Part shown: positions 18,962 through 29,776 of the stretch, one piece after another | Layout of the letters: every line of letters starts with the position of its first letter | Position numbering within the stretch: position 1 is the stretch's first letter | Source of the DNA: Nitrososphaerota archaeon | GTDB lineage: Archaea > Thermoproteota > Nitrososphaeria_A > Caldarchaeales > Caldarchaeaceae | Reading direction: 5' to 3' | DNA: 64,000 nucleotides | Assembly: GCA_041641305.1 (NCBI GenBank) | Contig: JBEPYN010000001.1 | Location: 544,001-608,000, forward strand | The notes under the pieces: generated by a model | What the model saw: only the letters and a program-made list of their open reading frames with translations | What the model was told of the DNA's origin: nothing | Databases searched by the model: none | Program-made: the position numbers and the translations under genes

Positions 18962-19816
18962 TTGGTCGGAAAACCCGTTATCGAAATAGCTTTCGACACC
19001 CCGAGGGTTGAGGAGAAGCTGCTGGCTAAGGCTGTGGCCGCAAAAGGAGCTGAGCTGAGGCTGACAAACGTCAAACAGAATGTCTTCACTTTACAGAAGA
19101 CCGCGGTAGATGTTTGTCTCGTGAGATGCGTCTCGCTCTACGGCGCCATACATACAGCCGCGTTGAGAGAGGGGGCAGGTGTGCGGAGCATAAACAGCTC
19201 CGAAGCCATTTTCCTCGCGGGCGACAAGGTTTTGACCGTTTCACGTCTCAAGTTGGTGAACCTGCCCATTCCGAGAACTGCCGTGGGCCTAAACACGAAA
19301 GCGGCTGAGAAGGCCCTCGAGAAGGTCGGGCTACCCGCTGTAGACAAACCACCCATCGGAAGCTGGGGCAGACTCGTCGCCCTTCTGAGAGACATCGACG
19401 ACTTCAAGCTCGTCACCGAACACCGCGAAATGCTGCCCAGCAGCTACATGAAAACCCACATCATACAGGAATACATCGACCTCCCCAATAGAGACATCAG
19501 AACACTCGTCATTGGCGAAGAGGTCGTAGGAGCCATCTACCGCTACAGGGCCACGGGCGACTGGAGGACAAACGTCGCCCTCGGAGGCGAGCCAGTCCAA
19601 GCTTTTCTCAACGACGAGCTAGTGGAAATCAGCCTCAGAGCCGCTAAAGCCGTGAAAGGAGAAGTCGTCAGCATAGATGTCTTCGAGACAACAGATGGCA
19701 GCTATCTCGTCAACGAGGTCAACGGCGTCCCCGAGTTCAAGGGACTGATGAAAGCAACAGGGGTGAACGTCCCCGAGAAAATCATCGACTACGTCATCGA
19801 CTCAACAAGGAAATAG
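18962..19816 (+). CDS. lysX: LysX/ArgX (RimK-family) ATP-grasp ligase
   Basis: KPPIGSWGRLV, QEYI..PNRDIR, WRTNVALGG, NEVNGVPEF. Confidence 0.85.
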   Translation: MVGKPVIEIAFDTPRVEEKLLAKAVAAKGAELRLTNVKQNVFTLQKTAVDVCLVRCVSLYGAIHTAALREGAGVRSINSSEAIFLAGDKVLTVSRLKLVNLPIPRTAVGLNTKAAEKALEKVGLPAVDKPPIGSWGRLVALLRDIDDFKLVTEHREMLPSSYMKTHIIQEYIDLPNRDIRTLVIGEEVVGAIYRYRATGDWRTNVALGGEPVQAFLNDELVEISLRAAKAVKGEVVSIDVFETTDGSYLVNEVNGVPEFKGLMKATGVNVPEKIIDYVIDSTRK

Positions 19817-20312
19817 CTCTCGACCTACATTTTCCGCACAAGTCGCCGCTTTTGGCGTCCACCTCCGCGACAGAGTTGCTAAAACTCATCACACACCTCT
19901 CCGTCGAGCAGTGGTGGAGACCGATCAAGTGGCCAAACTCGTGAACAGTCTCCTTCAAAACCCTATCAAGGAGCAAAAGCCTACCAGACGCGCCTGCTTC
20001 TGGAGAAGGCTTCAGCCTATGAATTGAGACCACGCCGACAGGCGGTGGAGCATATCCGAAGACAAAGTTCAGCCCCTCGACATAAAGGTCCCTATCTGTC
20101 AGGATGAGGACAAGGCTCTCTTCCGGCTTGACATGTTTCACAAGCTTTTCGGCGTCGTATTGGCGTCTCAGAGGGTTCCAAGCCTTCTCAGCAAATGGCA
20201 CAAAACCATTCTCAACCAAAGTATCAACCCCGTAAACCTGTGCAATCCCTGCGGCTACGGCTTCGCCGAGGGCGGTGTCACCTGTCTCGTTCAAAACCTT
20301 TAATCGCAACAT
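19794..20312 (-). CDS. amzA: Archaemetzincin (M54) Zn protease
   Basis: RRQYDA, DLY..GLNFVFG, HEFGHLIGLHHC...CVMSFSNS..EVD.K...LC..C; start taken at MLRLK. Confidence 0.9.
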   Translation of the reverse strand: MLRLKVLNETGDTALGEAVAAGIAQVYGVDTLVENGFVPFAEKAWNPLRRQYDAEKLVKHVKPEESLVLILTDRDLYVEGLNFVFGYAPPPVGVVSIHRLKPSPEAGASGRLLLLDRVLKETVHEFGHLIGLHHCSTERCVMSFSNSVAEVDAKSGDLCGKCRSRAISLLSR

Positions 20313-20334
20313 CCCCCACAACCCGCGGGTCACG

Positions 20335-20910
20335 TTGATAATATGGGTGACGGGGACACCTGGCGTAGGAAAAACAGCGACGGGAAAAACTCTTGCGAAA
20401 CGACTCGGCATAGATTTCATAGACCTTCCCGAACTCGTATCCACATATAGCCTGTATGAGGAAAGGATGGATGATGGCACAATGGTCGTGGAGACGCGGA
20501 GGCTTGCACGTCATCTGCAAAAACAGGTCAGGGGCGACACGGTCATAGCTGGGCACATCCCTGTCAGGGTTCGAGGACACGAAAACAGGTGCATAGTTCT
20601 TCGCCTAAACCCTCTCCAGCTCAGAAAACGACTTGAGGAAAGAGGCTACAGCGCAGAGAAGGTGGCGGAAAACGTTGAAGCAGAGTTTCTTGGAGTGATA
20701 TATCTTGACGCGATGCGTGTCTTCGGAAAGAAACACGTGACTCAGATAGATGTGACGGGGAAGGAGCTCGGCGAAGTGGTTGACCTATGTATTGAGGCTG
20801 TTGAGCGAGGAAATGCTGGAGAAGATGTTGAATGGATGAGCCGCCTGGATGAGAGTTCTCTCTCTGAGCTTTTACGCCATCTCTCCTCAGCGAAAAAGGG
20901 TAAGCTGTGA
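20335..20910 (+). CDS. Adenylate kinase AK6/Fap7 family
   Basis: IWVTGTPGVGKT P-loop, RL..RGY...KV.ENVEAE; start taken at TTG 20335. Confidence 0.85.
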   Translation: MIIWVTGTPGVGKTATGKTLAKRLGIDFIDLPELVSTYSLYEERMDDGTMVVETRRLARHLQKQVRGDTVIAGHIPVRVRGHENRCIVLRLNPLQLRKRLEERGYSAEKVAENVEAEFLGVIYLDAMRVFGKKHVTQIDVTGKELGEVVDLCIEAVERGNAGEDVEWMSRLDESSLSELLRHLSSAKKGKL

Positions 20911-20978
20911 TATCTTTTTTACCGGCTTGCGTGGAGATGCGTCGGAGAAACACTTCATTCGATGGTCTGGTGAGGTAG

Positions 20979-22766
20979 ATGGTTTCCGACCACCGTGTAG
21001 CGGTTCTCGACAGAGACAGGTGTGACTCTAGAAAATGCGGAAACTGGCCATGCATAACATACTGCCCACCCGTCCGAAACAACATCGAGGCCATCAAGAT
21101 GGGTGAGGACGGTTTCCCGATAATCAGCGAAACACTCTGCATAAGCTGCGGAATCTGTGTCAAAAAATGCCCCTTCGAAGCCATCACCATAATCAACCTC
21201 CCAACCGAGCTGCGCAAGGATGTGGCCCATCACTATGGTGTCAACAGGTTTAAGCTCTTCAGGCTTCCATACCCAGAAGTCGGGAAGGTAGTCGGCCTGC
21301 TGGGGAAAAACGGAATCGGAAAATCCACGGCACTCAAAATCCTCGCCGGGCAGCTGATCCCCAACTTCGGTATCCTCGATAGACCTGTTACATGGGAGGA
21401 GGCTTCACGGTTTTTCAGAGGCTCGCTCATCCAAGAACATCTCAGCAGCATCTCCAAAGGTGATGTGAAGATCTCCTACAAGCCTCAAAACATCGCCGAA
21501 ATACCAAAGGTGGTTTCGGGGACTGTTAAGCAGGTTTTGGCCAGGCTCGGCGACCCAGCAGCAGTTGAGGACGTTATTGAGAAGCTGGAGCTGACGAAGC
21601 TAGGCGACCGGGACATCCGTTTCCTCAGCGGAGGGGAGCTGCAGAGGCTTGCCATCGCCGCATGCCTTCTCAGAAAAGCAGATGTCTACATCCTCGACGA
21701 GCCGTCAAGCTTCCTCGACATAAGGCAGAGGCTGAGGATGGTGGAGACGGTGCGAGCTGCTCTACGGGACAACGTAAAAATCGTCGTAGCAGACCACGAC
21801 CTCGCGGTTCTCGACTATTTCTCTGACACAATTTTCCTCTTCTACGGCGAGCCATCTGTCTACGGCGTTGTAGCAGGCCCCTACGGTGTGAGAGAAGGAA
21901 TTAACATCTTCATCGAGGGATACATTCCCGACGAAAACATGAGGTTCAGGAGCGAGCGGATAGATTTTCAGGTGAAGCCTCCGACACGTGAGCAGACAAG
22001 TGCCGAAAAGCTGATGTGGCCCAGCTTCACTAAAACATTTGAAGGATTTAGGCTCGAGGTGGAGGAGGGATGGGTCTACAGAGGCGAGGTGCTTGGCATC
22101 GTCGGACCAAACGGGATAGGGAAGACGACTTTCGCATCAATCATCGCAGGCGTGCAGCAAACCGATCAGGGATTCACCTTCGACCCAAAGGCTGTTAGCT
22201 ACAAGCCACAGTATCCACAAGCCGACGACAAAACAGTGGAGGAACATCTCAGAGAAGCTGCGGGACAGGAATACGACACATCGCTTTACCAATCTCTTAT
22301 ACTTCGGCCCTTCGGCCTCGAGAAGCTGCTGGAGAGAAGCATGAAGGAGCTGAGCGGAGGAGAGCTGCAGAAGGTCGTCGTCGCAGAATGTCTTTCGAGG
22401 AAGGCCGACATCTATGTCCTCGATGAGCCGAGCGCTTTTCTCGACGTCGAGGAAAGATACCATATGGCGAAGATTCTAAAGAGATTGGCGCTGGAGAAGA
22501 GGGCATATGTTCTTTTGGTTGAGCATGATTTCACGGTTCTCGACTTCGCTTCATCGGCTTTGATGATTTTCAGCGGCGAGCCCGGTGTATATGGGCGCGG
22601 CAGCAGCCCCACCGACCTAAGGACAGGTTTCAACATGTTTCTCGAGCAAATGGACGTCACCTTCCGCCGCGATCAGGCGACTAAACGCCCCCGTATAAAC
22701 AAGAGAGACAGCCAGCTTCATAGACTCCAGAAAAAGATGGGCGAATACTACTATCTCTCTGCGTGA
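20979..22766 (+). CDS. rli: ABCE1/RLI ribosome recycling ATPase
   Basis: N-terminal 2x[4Fe-4S] Cys motifs and two ABC domains (GKNGIGKST, LSGGELQ, GPNGIGKTT). Confidence 0.97.
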   Translation: MVSDHRVAVLDRDRCDSRKCGNWPCITYCPPVRNNIEAIKMGEDGFPIISETLCISCGICVKKCPFEAITIINLPTELRKDVAHHYGVNRFKLFRLPYPEVGKVVGLLGKNGIGKSTALKILAGQLIPNFGILDRPVTWEEASRFFRGSLIQEHLSSISKGDVKISYKPQNIAEIPKVVSGTVKQVLARLGDPAAVEDVIEKLELTKLGDRDIRFLSGGELQRLAIAACLLRKADVYILDEPSSFLDIRQRLRMVETVRAALRDNVKIVVADHDLAVLDYFSDTIFLFYGEPSVYGVVAGPYGVREGINIFIEGYIPDENMRFRSERIDFQVKPPTREQTSAEKLMWPSFTKTFEGFRLEVEEGWVYRGEVLGIVGPNGIGKTTFASIIAGVQQTDQGFTFDPKAVSYKPQYPQADDKTVEEHLREAAGQEYDTSLYQSLILRPFGLEKLLERSMKELSGGELQKVVVAECLSRKADIYVLDEPSAFLDVEERYHMAKILKRLALEKRAYVLLVEHDFTVLDFASSALMIFSGEPGVYGRGSSPTDLRTGFNMFLEQMDVTFRRDQATKRPRINKRDSQLHRLQKKMGEYYYLSA

Positions 22767-22813
22767 TATAGGCTAAGGTTTTATACCTGCTATATAGAAT
22801 TGGCAGACAGGTC

Positions 22814-24994
22814 ATGTCAAGCTCGTCACCAACTAAGAAAAAAGAGCTAAGCCTTAGGGTCGCCGAGGCTCGTCAAAGAGACATAGGCCGGAAAATTGCT
22901 CGTGTCGACAGTCAGGGAATGAGGGAGCTTGAGCTGAGCCCCGGCGACCTGATAGAGATAATTGGTAGGAGAGGCACCGTCGCCATAGTTTGGCCGCCCT
23001 ATAAGGAGGATGATGGACAGGGGATAATCAGGATTGATGGCGAGATTAGGCGGAACGCGGGCGTTAGCGTGGGCGAGTTTGTCCGTGTCTCCAAAACAGC
23101 AGCAAAGCCTGCTACGAAGATTGTTCTCGCACCCTTCGAGCCTCTCCCATTTGTGGGGGATTTCGGCAGGATTGTGAGAAGCCAGCTGCTCAACATGCCC
23201 GTCGCCAAGGGAGACATCATCGTGGTGCCGGTCCTCGGAATGGGTGTTGAGCTTAAGGTCAGCTCTACAAGCCCCTCGCCAATAGTCATGGTAACGGAAA
23301 GCACAGTCGTCGAAATCAGTTCAACAACAGCCAAAAGAATAGAGGAGGTCTCAGGCGTCACATACGAGGACATCGGAGGTCTTCACGACGAGCTTCAACG
23401 GATAAGGGAAATGATTGAGCTGCCCCTCAAGCATCCCGAGCTCTTCAGACACCTCGGCATAGAACCGCCAAAAGGCGTGATTCTCTATGGGCCGCCAGGC
23501 ACCGGCAAAACACTCATCGCCAAGGCAATAGCCAACGAGACCGGAGCCCACTTCGTCTCCATAAACGGACCCGAGATAATGAGCAAGTTTTACGGCGAAT
23601 CAGAGGCGCGGCTTAGGGAGGTGTTTCAGGAGGCTGAGCAGAACGCTCCCTCGATAATTTTCATCGATGAGCTGGATGCTATAGCGCCGAAGAGAGGCGA
23701 AGTCACGGGGGAGGTTGAGCGCAGGGTTGTCTCACAGCTTTTGACGTTGATGGATGGGTTGAAGAGCCGTGGACAAGTTGTTGTCATCGGCGCCACTAAC
23801 CGCATAGAGGCGATAGACCCGGCTCTCCGTCGACCTGGCAGGTTCGACAGAGAAATACGCATAGGTGTCCCAGATAAAAATGGGCGGAAAGAGATCCTAC
23901 TCATACACACGAGGCGAATGCCTTTAGCCGAGGACGTGAACATAGACGAGCTTGCTGAAATAACACATGGTTTCGTCGGCGCCGACATAGCGGCGCTCAC
24001 ACGCGAAGCCGCGATGAACGCTTTGCGGAGATTTCTACCTCAGATAGATTTGGAGAAGGAGATTATCCCTGCTGAGGTGTTGGAGAAGATTAAGGTGACG
24101 CGTGAGGATTTCGCCAACGCCTTGAAAACGATTCAGCCGTCGGCGCTTAGGGAGGTTGTCCTCGAGGTGCCTAACGTGAAGTGGGAGGACATAGGCGGAC
24201 TTGAATCCGTTAAGCAGGAGCTGAGGGAGGCTGTTGAATGGCCACTCAAATACCCCGATGTCTTCAAACGCCTCGGAATAAGGCCTCCGCGGGGAATACT
24301 ACTCTATGGCCCACCCGGAACGGGTAAAACACTCCTGGCCAAGGCAGTCGCCACCGAGAGCCAGGCCAACTTCATCAGCGTCAAGGGTCCGGAGATACTT
24401 TCGAAATGGGTCGGTGAGTCTGAGAAAGCCGTCCGCGAGATATTCAGGAAAGCGAGGGAAACCGCGCCATGCATCATTTTCTTCGACGAGCTCGACTCCA
24501 TCGCACCGCGTAGGGGTATCCACACCGATGCAGGTGTCACCGACAGGATAGTGAACCAGCTTCTGACAGAGATGGATGGGATGCAGTCTCTGAAGGGTGT
24601 GGTCGTCTTAGGCGCCACAAACAGGCCCGACATCCTCGACCCCGCGCTTCTGAGACCAGGCAGGTTTGACAGAGTGCTCTACGTTCCTCCGCCTGACAAA
24701 AGCGCCCGCCTAGCCATATTCAAGATACATACAAGGGAGATGCCTCTCGACAAGGATGTGGACCTTGAGCAGTTGGCCGCTGTCACCGAGGGCTACACGG
24801 GCGCGGACATCGAGGCAGTTGTCCGCGAAGCCGCCTTGATAGCTGCGAGGGAAAACATCAACGCCCAGGTTGTATCGATGAGACATTTCGAGTTGGCGCT
24901 TCAGAAGATTAAGCCAAGCGTCGGCACCGAGGAGAAGGCTGAATACGAGAGAATAGTCAGCAACTTCAAGAAATCCATGGCTTACATCGGGTAA
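22814..24994 (+). CDS. cdc48: CDC48/VCP/VAT AAA+ ATPase
   Basis: N domain, two AAA modules (GPPGTGKTL twice, RPGRFD), C-terminal HbYX-like YIG. Confidence 0.97.
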   Translation: MSSSSPTKKKELSLRVAEARQRDIGRKIARVDSQGMRELELSPGDLIEIIGRRGTVAIVWPPYKEDDGQGIIRIDGEIRRNAGVSVGEFVRVSKTAAKPATKIVLAPFEPLPFVGDFGRIVRSQLLNMPVAKGDIIVVPVLGMGVELKVSSTSPSPIVMVTESTVVEISSTTAKRIEEVSGVTYEDIGGLHDELQRIREMIELPLKHPELFRHLGIEPPKGVILYGPPGTGKTLIAKAIANETGAHFVSINGPEIMSKFYGESEARLREVFQEAEQNAPSIIFIDELDAIAPKRGEVTGEVERRVVSQLLTLMDGLKSRGQVVVIGATNRIEAIDPALRRPGRFDREIRIGVPDKNGRKEILLIHTRRMPLAEDVNIDELAEITHGFVGADIAALTREAAMNALRRFLPQIDLEKEIIPAEVLEKIKVTREDFANALKTIQPSALREVVLEVPNVKWEDIGGLESVKQELREAVEWPLKYPDVFKRLGIRPPRGILLYGPPGTGKTLLAKAVATESQANFISVKGPEILSKWVGESEKAVREIFRKARETAPCIIFFDELDSIAPRRGIHTDAGVTDRIVNQLLTEMDGMQSLKGVVVLGATNRPDILDPALLRPGRFDRVLYVPPPDKSARLAIFKIHTREMPLDKDVDLEQLAAVTEGYTGADIEAVVREAALIAARENINAQVVSMRHFELALQKIKPSVGTEEKAEYERIVSNFKKSMAYIG

Positions 24995-25103
24995 CAGAAT
25001 ACAGGTGTAACACCCCGACACTATCCACATATTCTTTAACCCGCGGCAGAAATTCAACCGATAAATATGCCGACACATAGCCTCGCTCTCGAGGTTAGAA
25101 AAA

Positions 25104-25727
25104 ATGAAGATGCCATGGAGTAGGGAACCAGCGCAGAACCCGTCTGCCTACGTGCGACCCGTCAACTACCAAGACCGAATGCTGGAGATACTGACGCAGC
25201 TGAAGATTCAGAACGAGAAGCTGAACCGCACGATCGAGAGGCTTAAGCACCGGGGCAAAGAGCTTTTCGAACAATGTGTTAGAGCTGAGCAGGAGAAGGA
25301 CACGGCGCGTGCAACAATCTACGCCAACGAGATAGCCCAGCTCCGTAAGATGACTAGGACGCTGCTAGCCAGCCACATGTCGCTCGACAAGGTTGTTCTA
25401 CGCCTTGAGACGGTTAAGGAGTTCGGCGACGTAATGCATGTCCTCGGCCCGGCGACACAGATAATCAAGCAGGTGCAGCACGAGATCTCGGGAATCGTTC
25501 CAGAAGTGGCCCACAGCCTTAGAAGAGTTGATGAGATGCTGGAGAGCATAATCATAGAGGCTGGCAACGTAACCGGCGGAAGCGTCTACGTCTCTGTCTC
25601 AGACCCTGAGGCCCAGAAAATCATGGAGGAGGCCGCTGAGGTAGCTGCGCAGAGGATGAAGAGCAGCTTCCCCGAGCTGCCTGAAACCTATCAGCACCTC
25701 GAGTCAGCCGCCAACAGGGCTGACTAA
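25104..25727 (+). CDS. cdvB: ESCRT-III (CdvB/Snf7-family) protein
   Basis: LFEQCV.A...KD..RATIYANEIAQLRKM, LRLETV..FGD, EAQKIMEEA...FPELP. Confidence 0.85.
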   Translation: MKMPWSREPAQNPSAYVRPVNYQDRMLEILTQLKIQNEKLNRTIERLKHRGKELFEQCVRAEQEKDTARATIYANEIAQLRKMTRTLLASHMSLDKVVLRLETVKEFGDVMHVLGPATQIIKQVQHEISGIVPEVAHSLRRVDEMLESIIIEAGNVTGGSVYVSVSDPEAQKIMEEAAEVAAQRMKSSFPELPETYQHLESAANRAD

Positions 25728-25739
25728 ACATCCTATTTT

Positions 25740-26630
25740 TTACAACATTTTTTTGAAAGTTTTCGGTGGAGCTTTTCCTCGGAAAACTTCTGGGTGCAGT
25801 ATCTCTGCGAGTATTAACGCTGTGTCACCTATCTGTGGACCGTGTCTACTGAAGTATCGATCTGCCTCGGCCGCGTATATTTCGCCCAATCGGTATGCCG
25901 GCAGCTGTTGAACCCAGCTCATTCCACAAAATCTCTCAACCTCCGCCGCGGCTTTTTCCAAACTGTATCCACATGGAGCCGCCACCAGTTTCTCAGGCCC
26001 ATGTGCAGAGACCTCCTCAACCCTGATCCTACGTGATGGCTTTCCAGCGACGCCGAGGTCATTTCCCCCAGCCAGTTCAACAAGCTCCGGAACCCAGTGG
26101 CCGCTGCAAAAAGGAGGATAAAGCCACTCGAGAACAGCCGTCCTGACGCAGGGAAGACCAGCCGCATACTCTCTCACATACTCTAAATTAGCTGAAATAG
26201 CTGAAACAAGCTCAGCAGCTTCTTTCTCTCTCTTCACAAGCTTTCCGACATGGAGCATGTCGTCGAGAATCTCCTTTACCGTGTGTGGGTTGAGGGTGCA
26301 TATTGGCGCCACGTTTCTCAGCTTTTCGGTGACTGTGTCGCCTGTTATGCCGCAGACCTCGCAGAGGCCCTGCGCCAAGATGAGATCGGGTTTTAGAGAC
26401 GCGATTAACCCATAGTCGACCACATATAGCTGTTCACCGTTCGCGGCAGCCGTTGAAACAACATGGTCGACTTCCTCGGGTGAGAGGTTCTCAGTGTTGA
26501 TGCGAGGCTTCACCACAACTGGTTTCGACGCAACTCCGCAGGCATAGGTGACCGCCGCCAATTCATCAACCGCGCCCAGCTCCACCAAGATGTCGGTTGC
26601 GCTGGGGACAAGCGAGACTATCCGCATCAC
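25740..26630 (-). CDS. Cobalamin/Fe-siderophore-type substrate-binding protein (BtuF-like)
   Basis: RIVSLVPSATD, LKPDLILAQGLCEVC, LEWL.P.F..GHWVPELVELAGG. Confidence 0.85.
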   Translation of the reverse strand: MMRIVSLVPSATDILVELGAVDELAAVTYACGVASKPVVVKPRINTENLSPEEVDHVVSTAAANGEQLYVVDYGLIASLKPDLILAQGLCEVCGITGDTVTEKLRNVAPICTLNPHTVKEILDDMLHVGKLVKREKEAAELVSAISANLEYVREYAAGLPCVRTAVLEWLYPPFCSGHWVPELVELAGGNDLGVAGKPSRRIRVEEVSAHGPEKLVAAPCGYSLEKAAAEVERFCGMSWVQQLPAYRLGEIYAAEADRYFSRHGPQIGDTALILAEILHPEVFRGKAPPKTFKKML

Positions 26631-26685
26631 AGAGTCGGAGATGAGGCTTGCATATATTTTTATACGGGATGGGAAAGCTGGTTGC

Positions 26686-27453
26686 GTGGATTTAGGCGAA
26701 GCTGTTTTCCTCGGCGTTGTTCAGGGTTTGGGTGAGTGGCTTCCCGTGAGCAGCGAGGGGCTGGTGACCCTCTTCTCGAGGCTGGTGTTCGGCAAGAGCT
26801 TCGAGTATGCTCTCGCGGTCGCCATATGGCTGCACACGGGGACGCTCTTCGCAGCGCTTCTGTATCTTCGAAAAGATGTGCGGCTTGCTTTAAGGGGGTT
26901 CACGCGCGACGTTGAGGGGCGGAGGCTTCTACGGTTTCTCATAGTGGCAACCCTGTCCTCCGCCGTGTCCGCGGCTCCTCTTCTCCTGCTTCTACGTGGT
27001 CTAGAGTTATCCGACAAACCTTTCACAATAGCCGTAGGCCTTTTACTTGTTGTTACTGCTCTTGTTCAGCGGAGGGAACCGTCTGGTGAACAGAGGATAG
27101 ATACATGGAGCGCGTTTGTGGCAGGGCTGCTGCAGGGCCTTTCCATAATGCCGGGAATAAGCAGGTCGGGGATAACCTTAGCCGCCCTAGTGGGCCTCGG
27201 GTTCAGGGTCAGGGAAGCTCTCCGTCTAAGCTTCCTGATGAGCATACCCGCAGTAGCGGCTGCACAGGTTCTACCCCCGCTACTTATGGGGGGATTTTCA
27301 ACGAGCCTTGAAATGTTTGCAGGAGCCTTTGCAGCCTTTGCCATGGGAATTGCCACTATGAAGATGTTGTTGTCGGCTGCGGAGCGTCTCGACCTACGCC
27401 TCTTCATGATACCTCTTGGCGTGGCGATAGTTTTGCTTGGTCTGCTACTCTAA
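26686..27453 (+). CDS. uppP: Undecaprenyl-diphosphate phosphatase (BacA/UppP family)
   Basis: LGVVQGLGEWLPVSSEG, PGISRSG.T, SFLMSIP; start taken at GTG 26686. Confidence 0.9.
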   Translation: MDLGEAVFLGVVQGLGEWLPVSSEGLVTLFSRLVFGKSFEYALAVAIWLHTGTLFAALLYLRKDVRLALRGFTRDVEGRRLLRFLIVATLSSAVSAAPLLLLLRGLELSDKPFTIAVGLLLVVTALVQRREPSGEQRIDTWSAFVAGLLQGLSIMPGISRSGITLAALVGLGFRVREALRLSFLMSIPAVAAAQVLPPLLMGGFSTSLEMFAGAFAAFAMGIATMKMLLSAAERLDLRLFMIPLGVAIVLLGLLL

Positions 27454-28055
27454 AACCGTGGACGCGGCGGATAAAGGCCTCCGGTCTTCCTCCTTCTAGC
27501 GTATTCGTTGAGCATCCGGTAGACTGCTCCATGGGGAGCCCCTTTCACAAGTGTTACGACAGCCTCCTCCGCCGCTCTCACGTTCTCGTATTCTCCGATG
27601 ATTGAGACGGTGTCGCCGTATATGGAGACGTCGACTAGGCATGTTTCCTCGATTATGCGGCGTGTTTTGCCCTGTGTGCCTATCACACGGGCCTTTACTC
27701 TGGTCAGGTGGTTGGGGTTGTCGCCGACGTAGTCGGTTAGGTCAATCACGGTGAGAACTGTTCCGTCGTTGACGAGTTTCAGAGCTTTTTCGGGTGAGAA
27801 GCCTCTTCCGATCGCTGTGACTATGTCCCGTGCCTTGAACAAGGACGCCGGGTCGCCGCCCTCCTGCACGGGCTTCGCCAAGCTTATGACAACGGTGCCC
27901 TCGCGGCTGTCAACCTGAAGCGAGACACCGAGAAGCCGCTCAATCTCCGCCTTAACCGAGCCACCCTCACCGATCAAGACACCGACACGTTCTTTCGGAA
28001 TGTTGACGACGAAGCTCGAATGCGTAACATGTGGAAAACCTTTCCCATCCACCAC
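27450..28055 (-). CDS. dim2: KH-domain rRNA processing protein Dim2/Pno1
   Basis: IPKERVGVLIG..G, AIGRGFSPEKA, RVIGTQGKTR, GAPHGAVY. Confidence 0.9.
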   Translation of the reverse strand: MVDGKGFPHVTHSSFVVNIPKERVGVLIGEGGSVKAEIERLLGVSLQVDSREGTVVISLAKPVQEGGDPASLFKARDIVTAIGRGFSPEKALKLVNDGTVLTVIDLTDYVGDNPNHLTRVKARVIGTQGKTRRIIEETCLVDVSIYGDTVSIIGEYENVRAAEEAVVTLVKGAPHGAVYRMLNEYARRRKTGGLYPPRPRF

Positions 28056-28061
28056 AGTAGA

Positions 28062-28859
28062 TCACCCCGACTTAATCATGCGAAGCGTCTCATCAACATC
28101 AACGCTCACCCCACGTTTACTGATAAATTTTGACAAAGTTTCAACACCCTTGGCCAGCAAGGGTTCCGCGAGAGGGTGACCAAGCTTCACAGCCTGTGCA
28201 AAATCTATTATGTAGACCGTGGGCCCTCGGGCGACGACCACGTTGTATTCGCTCAAGTCGCCGTGCACGATAGAGGCCTTTCTATACATCTTCGCCATGT
28301 TATCCACCAGCTGCTCCCAAATCATCCTCAACTCATCCAGCTCAAAATCCTCTTCCACAAGAAGTGGATATCTTACACCGTTTTCTCCGAGAAACTGCAT
28401 AACCAATATGTTCTCCTTCTGGACGATGGGCTTGGGAACCGAGACACCAGCGTTGTATACATCGACGAGGTTAGCGAACTCCCTCTTCGCCCATAGGTAC
28501 ACAAATTTTCTAAAGTCGCGCGGAATGGATTTGAATCTCGGGTCGTCGACAACATACTGGAGCCTGTTGCGCCTAAACTCCGCCGAAGAAGTTAGGTAGA
28601 TTTTCACGGCTGTTTCTGACCCGTCGCCGGCCACGCCGTGGTATACACGAGACTCTTTCCCCGCGCTAATCACGCCCATAACCTCCCTAAGCCTACCCGT
28701 GTTGAGAAGGTCGTAGAGGGCCAGGAGAGTCCGCTGATCAAACACCTCCTCCAAGCTCTCGTCAAGCTCCGACCTCTTCTCAAGATAACGCTGCATCCTC
28801 TCCTTTCTATACTCGCGTTGACGCAGACGCTCCTCGACTTCGTCAAAACCCCCCTTCAA
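28062..28859 (-). CDS. rio1: RIO1 serine kinase
   Basis: ISAGKESRVY, AVKIY, WAKREFANL, VHGDLSEYN, IIDFAQAV. Confidence 0.95.
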   Translation of the reverse strand: MKGGFDEVEERLRQREYRKERMQRYLEKRSELDESLEEVFDQRTLLALYDLLNTGRLREVMGVISAGKESRVYHGVAGDGSETAVKIYLTSSAEFRRNRLQYVVDDPRFKSIPRDFRKFVYLWAKREFANLVDVYNAGVSVPKPIVQKENILVMQFLGENGVRYPLLVEEDFELDELRMIWEQLVDNMAKMYRKASIVHGDLSEYNVVVARGPTVYIIDFAQAVKLGHPLAEPLLAKGVETLSKFISKRGVSVDVDETLRMIKSG

Positions 28860-29169
28860 CCAACCACCATAAAAAAGTCCCGCGGGCAGGATTAGTATTT
28901 AAGCCAGCACTGGCATAATGAAAATAAGCGTAGAGATGGTTGCGGTGAGGATGGTTAGGAGACCCTTCAATTCTAAGCTACATCCCGGTCGCGATCATTT
29001 ATAGATTATATGATGGCCTAAACATGTACTGTCGACAAGTAATATTATTGAATTGTCTCAACCGCTCTTTATCAGTATGTTGCGGGTTGCCATATCGTCT
29101 GATTCTCTTTGTTCTCTGCCCCCTTCTCCTGCTGGTCTTCCTCTGTCTTGGGTTTATGCTGCGTTGAGG

Positions 29170-29520
29170 GGGATGTTGTATATGAATGTCTTATGTATCA
29201 TCTCTATGCTCATCCATCTGGGCTTCTTTGACTGCATCTCTTCACCGAATATCGACTTTCCCCGCGATCCAACGCTTGCTATATCCTACTACTCTCCTTC
29301 GTAAGTCGTATCCTAGGTCCATTATCATCTTGGCGGGGGATCTCCTAGACCGAGGCCCTCTATCAGTCCTAGCATTCCCCTAGGAACTCGACGTAGCTAT
29401 GGGTAATCTTGTATGGTCTGCCCCTCTTACCGTCGTTGAGCTCCCTGTTCTCATCAGCGTAACGCCTTACGAACTTCAAGTATCAGAGTACCCCTCCTTA
29501 TGAGCCTCCCATCAACCCTC
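29170..29520 (-). pseudogene. IS5-family transposase remnant (internally deleted, frameshifted)
   Basis: Minus-strand fragments ELNDGKRGRPYKITHSYVEFL (N-terminal) and GYSKRW.../FGEEMQSKKPRWMSIEMIHKTFIYN (C-terminal) in different frames; DDE core missing. Boundaries approximate. Confidence 0.7.
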
Positions 29521-29776
29521 CCCCGATAAAACATCATCTTGAATGGGGAAGTAAAGGTAGGCCGTAAGGCATTACCCTTTATAAGCAACCACCATCAAAA
29601 CCAGAGAAACACCAAGACAAAGCCAGAGAAAAGACTCAAGAACGTAGAAAAGCCTATGAATTAAGCCACAAGGCAACGTATATGTCAAACGATTTTACAT
29701 GAAACTTACGTAAAAACCAAAAGTAACATATTTTAAGCCTGCGTCTTACCTATTTGTGCTTAACGGGTGGCAGTAG

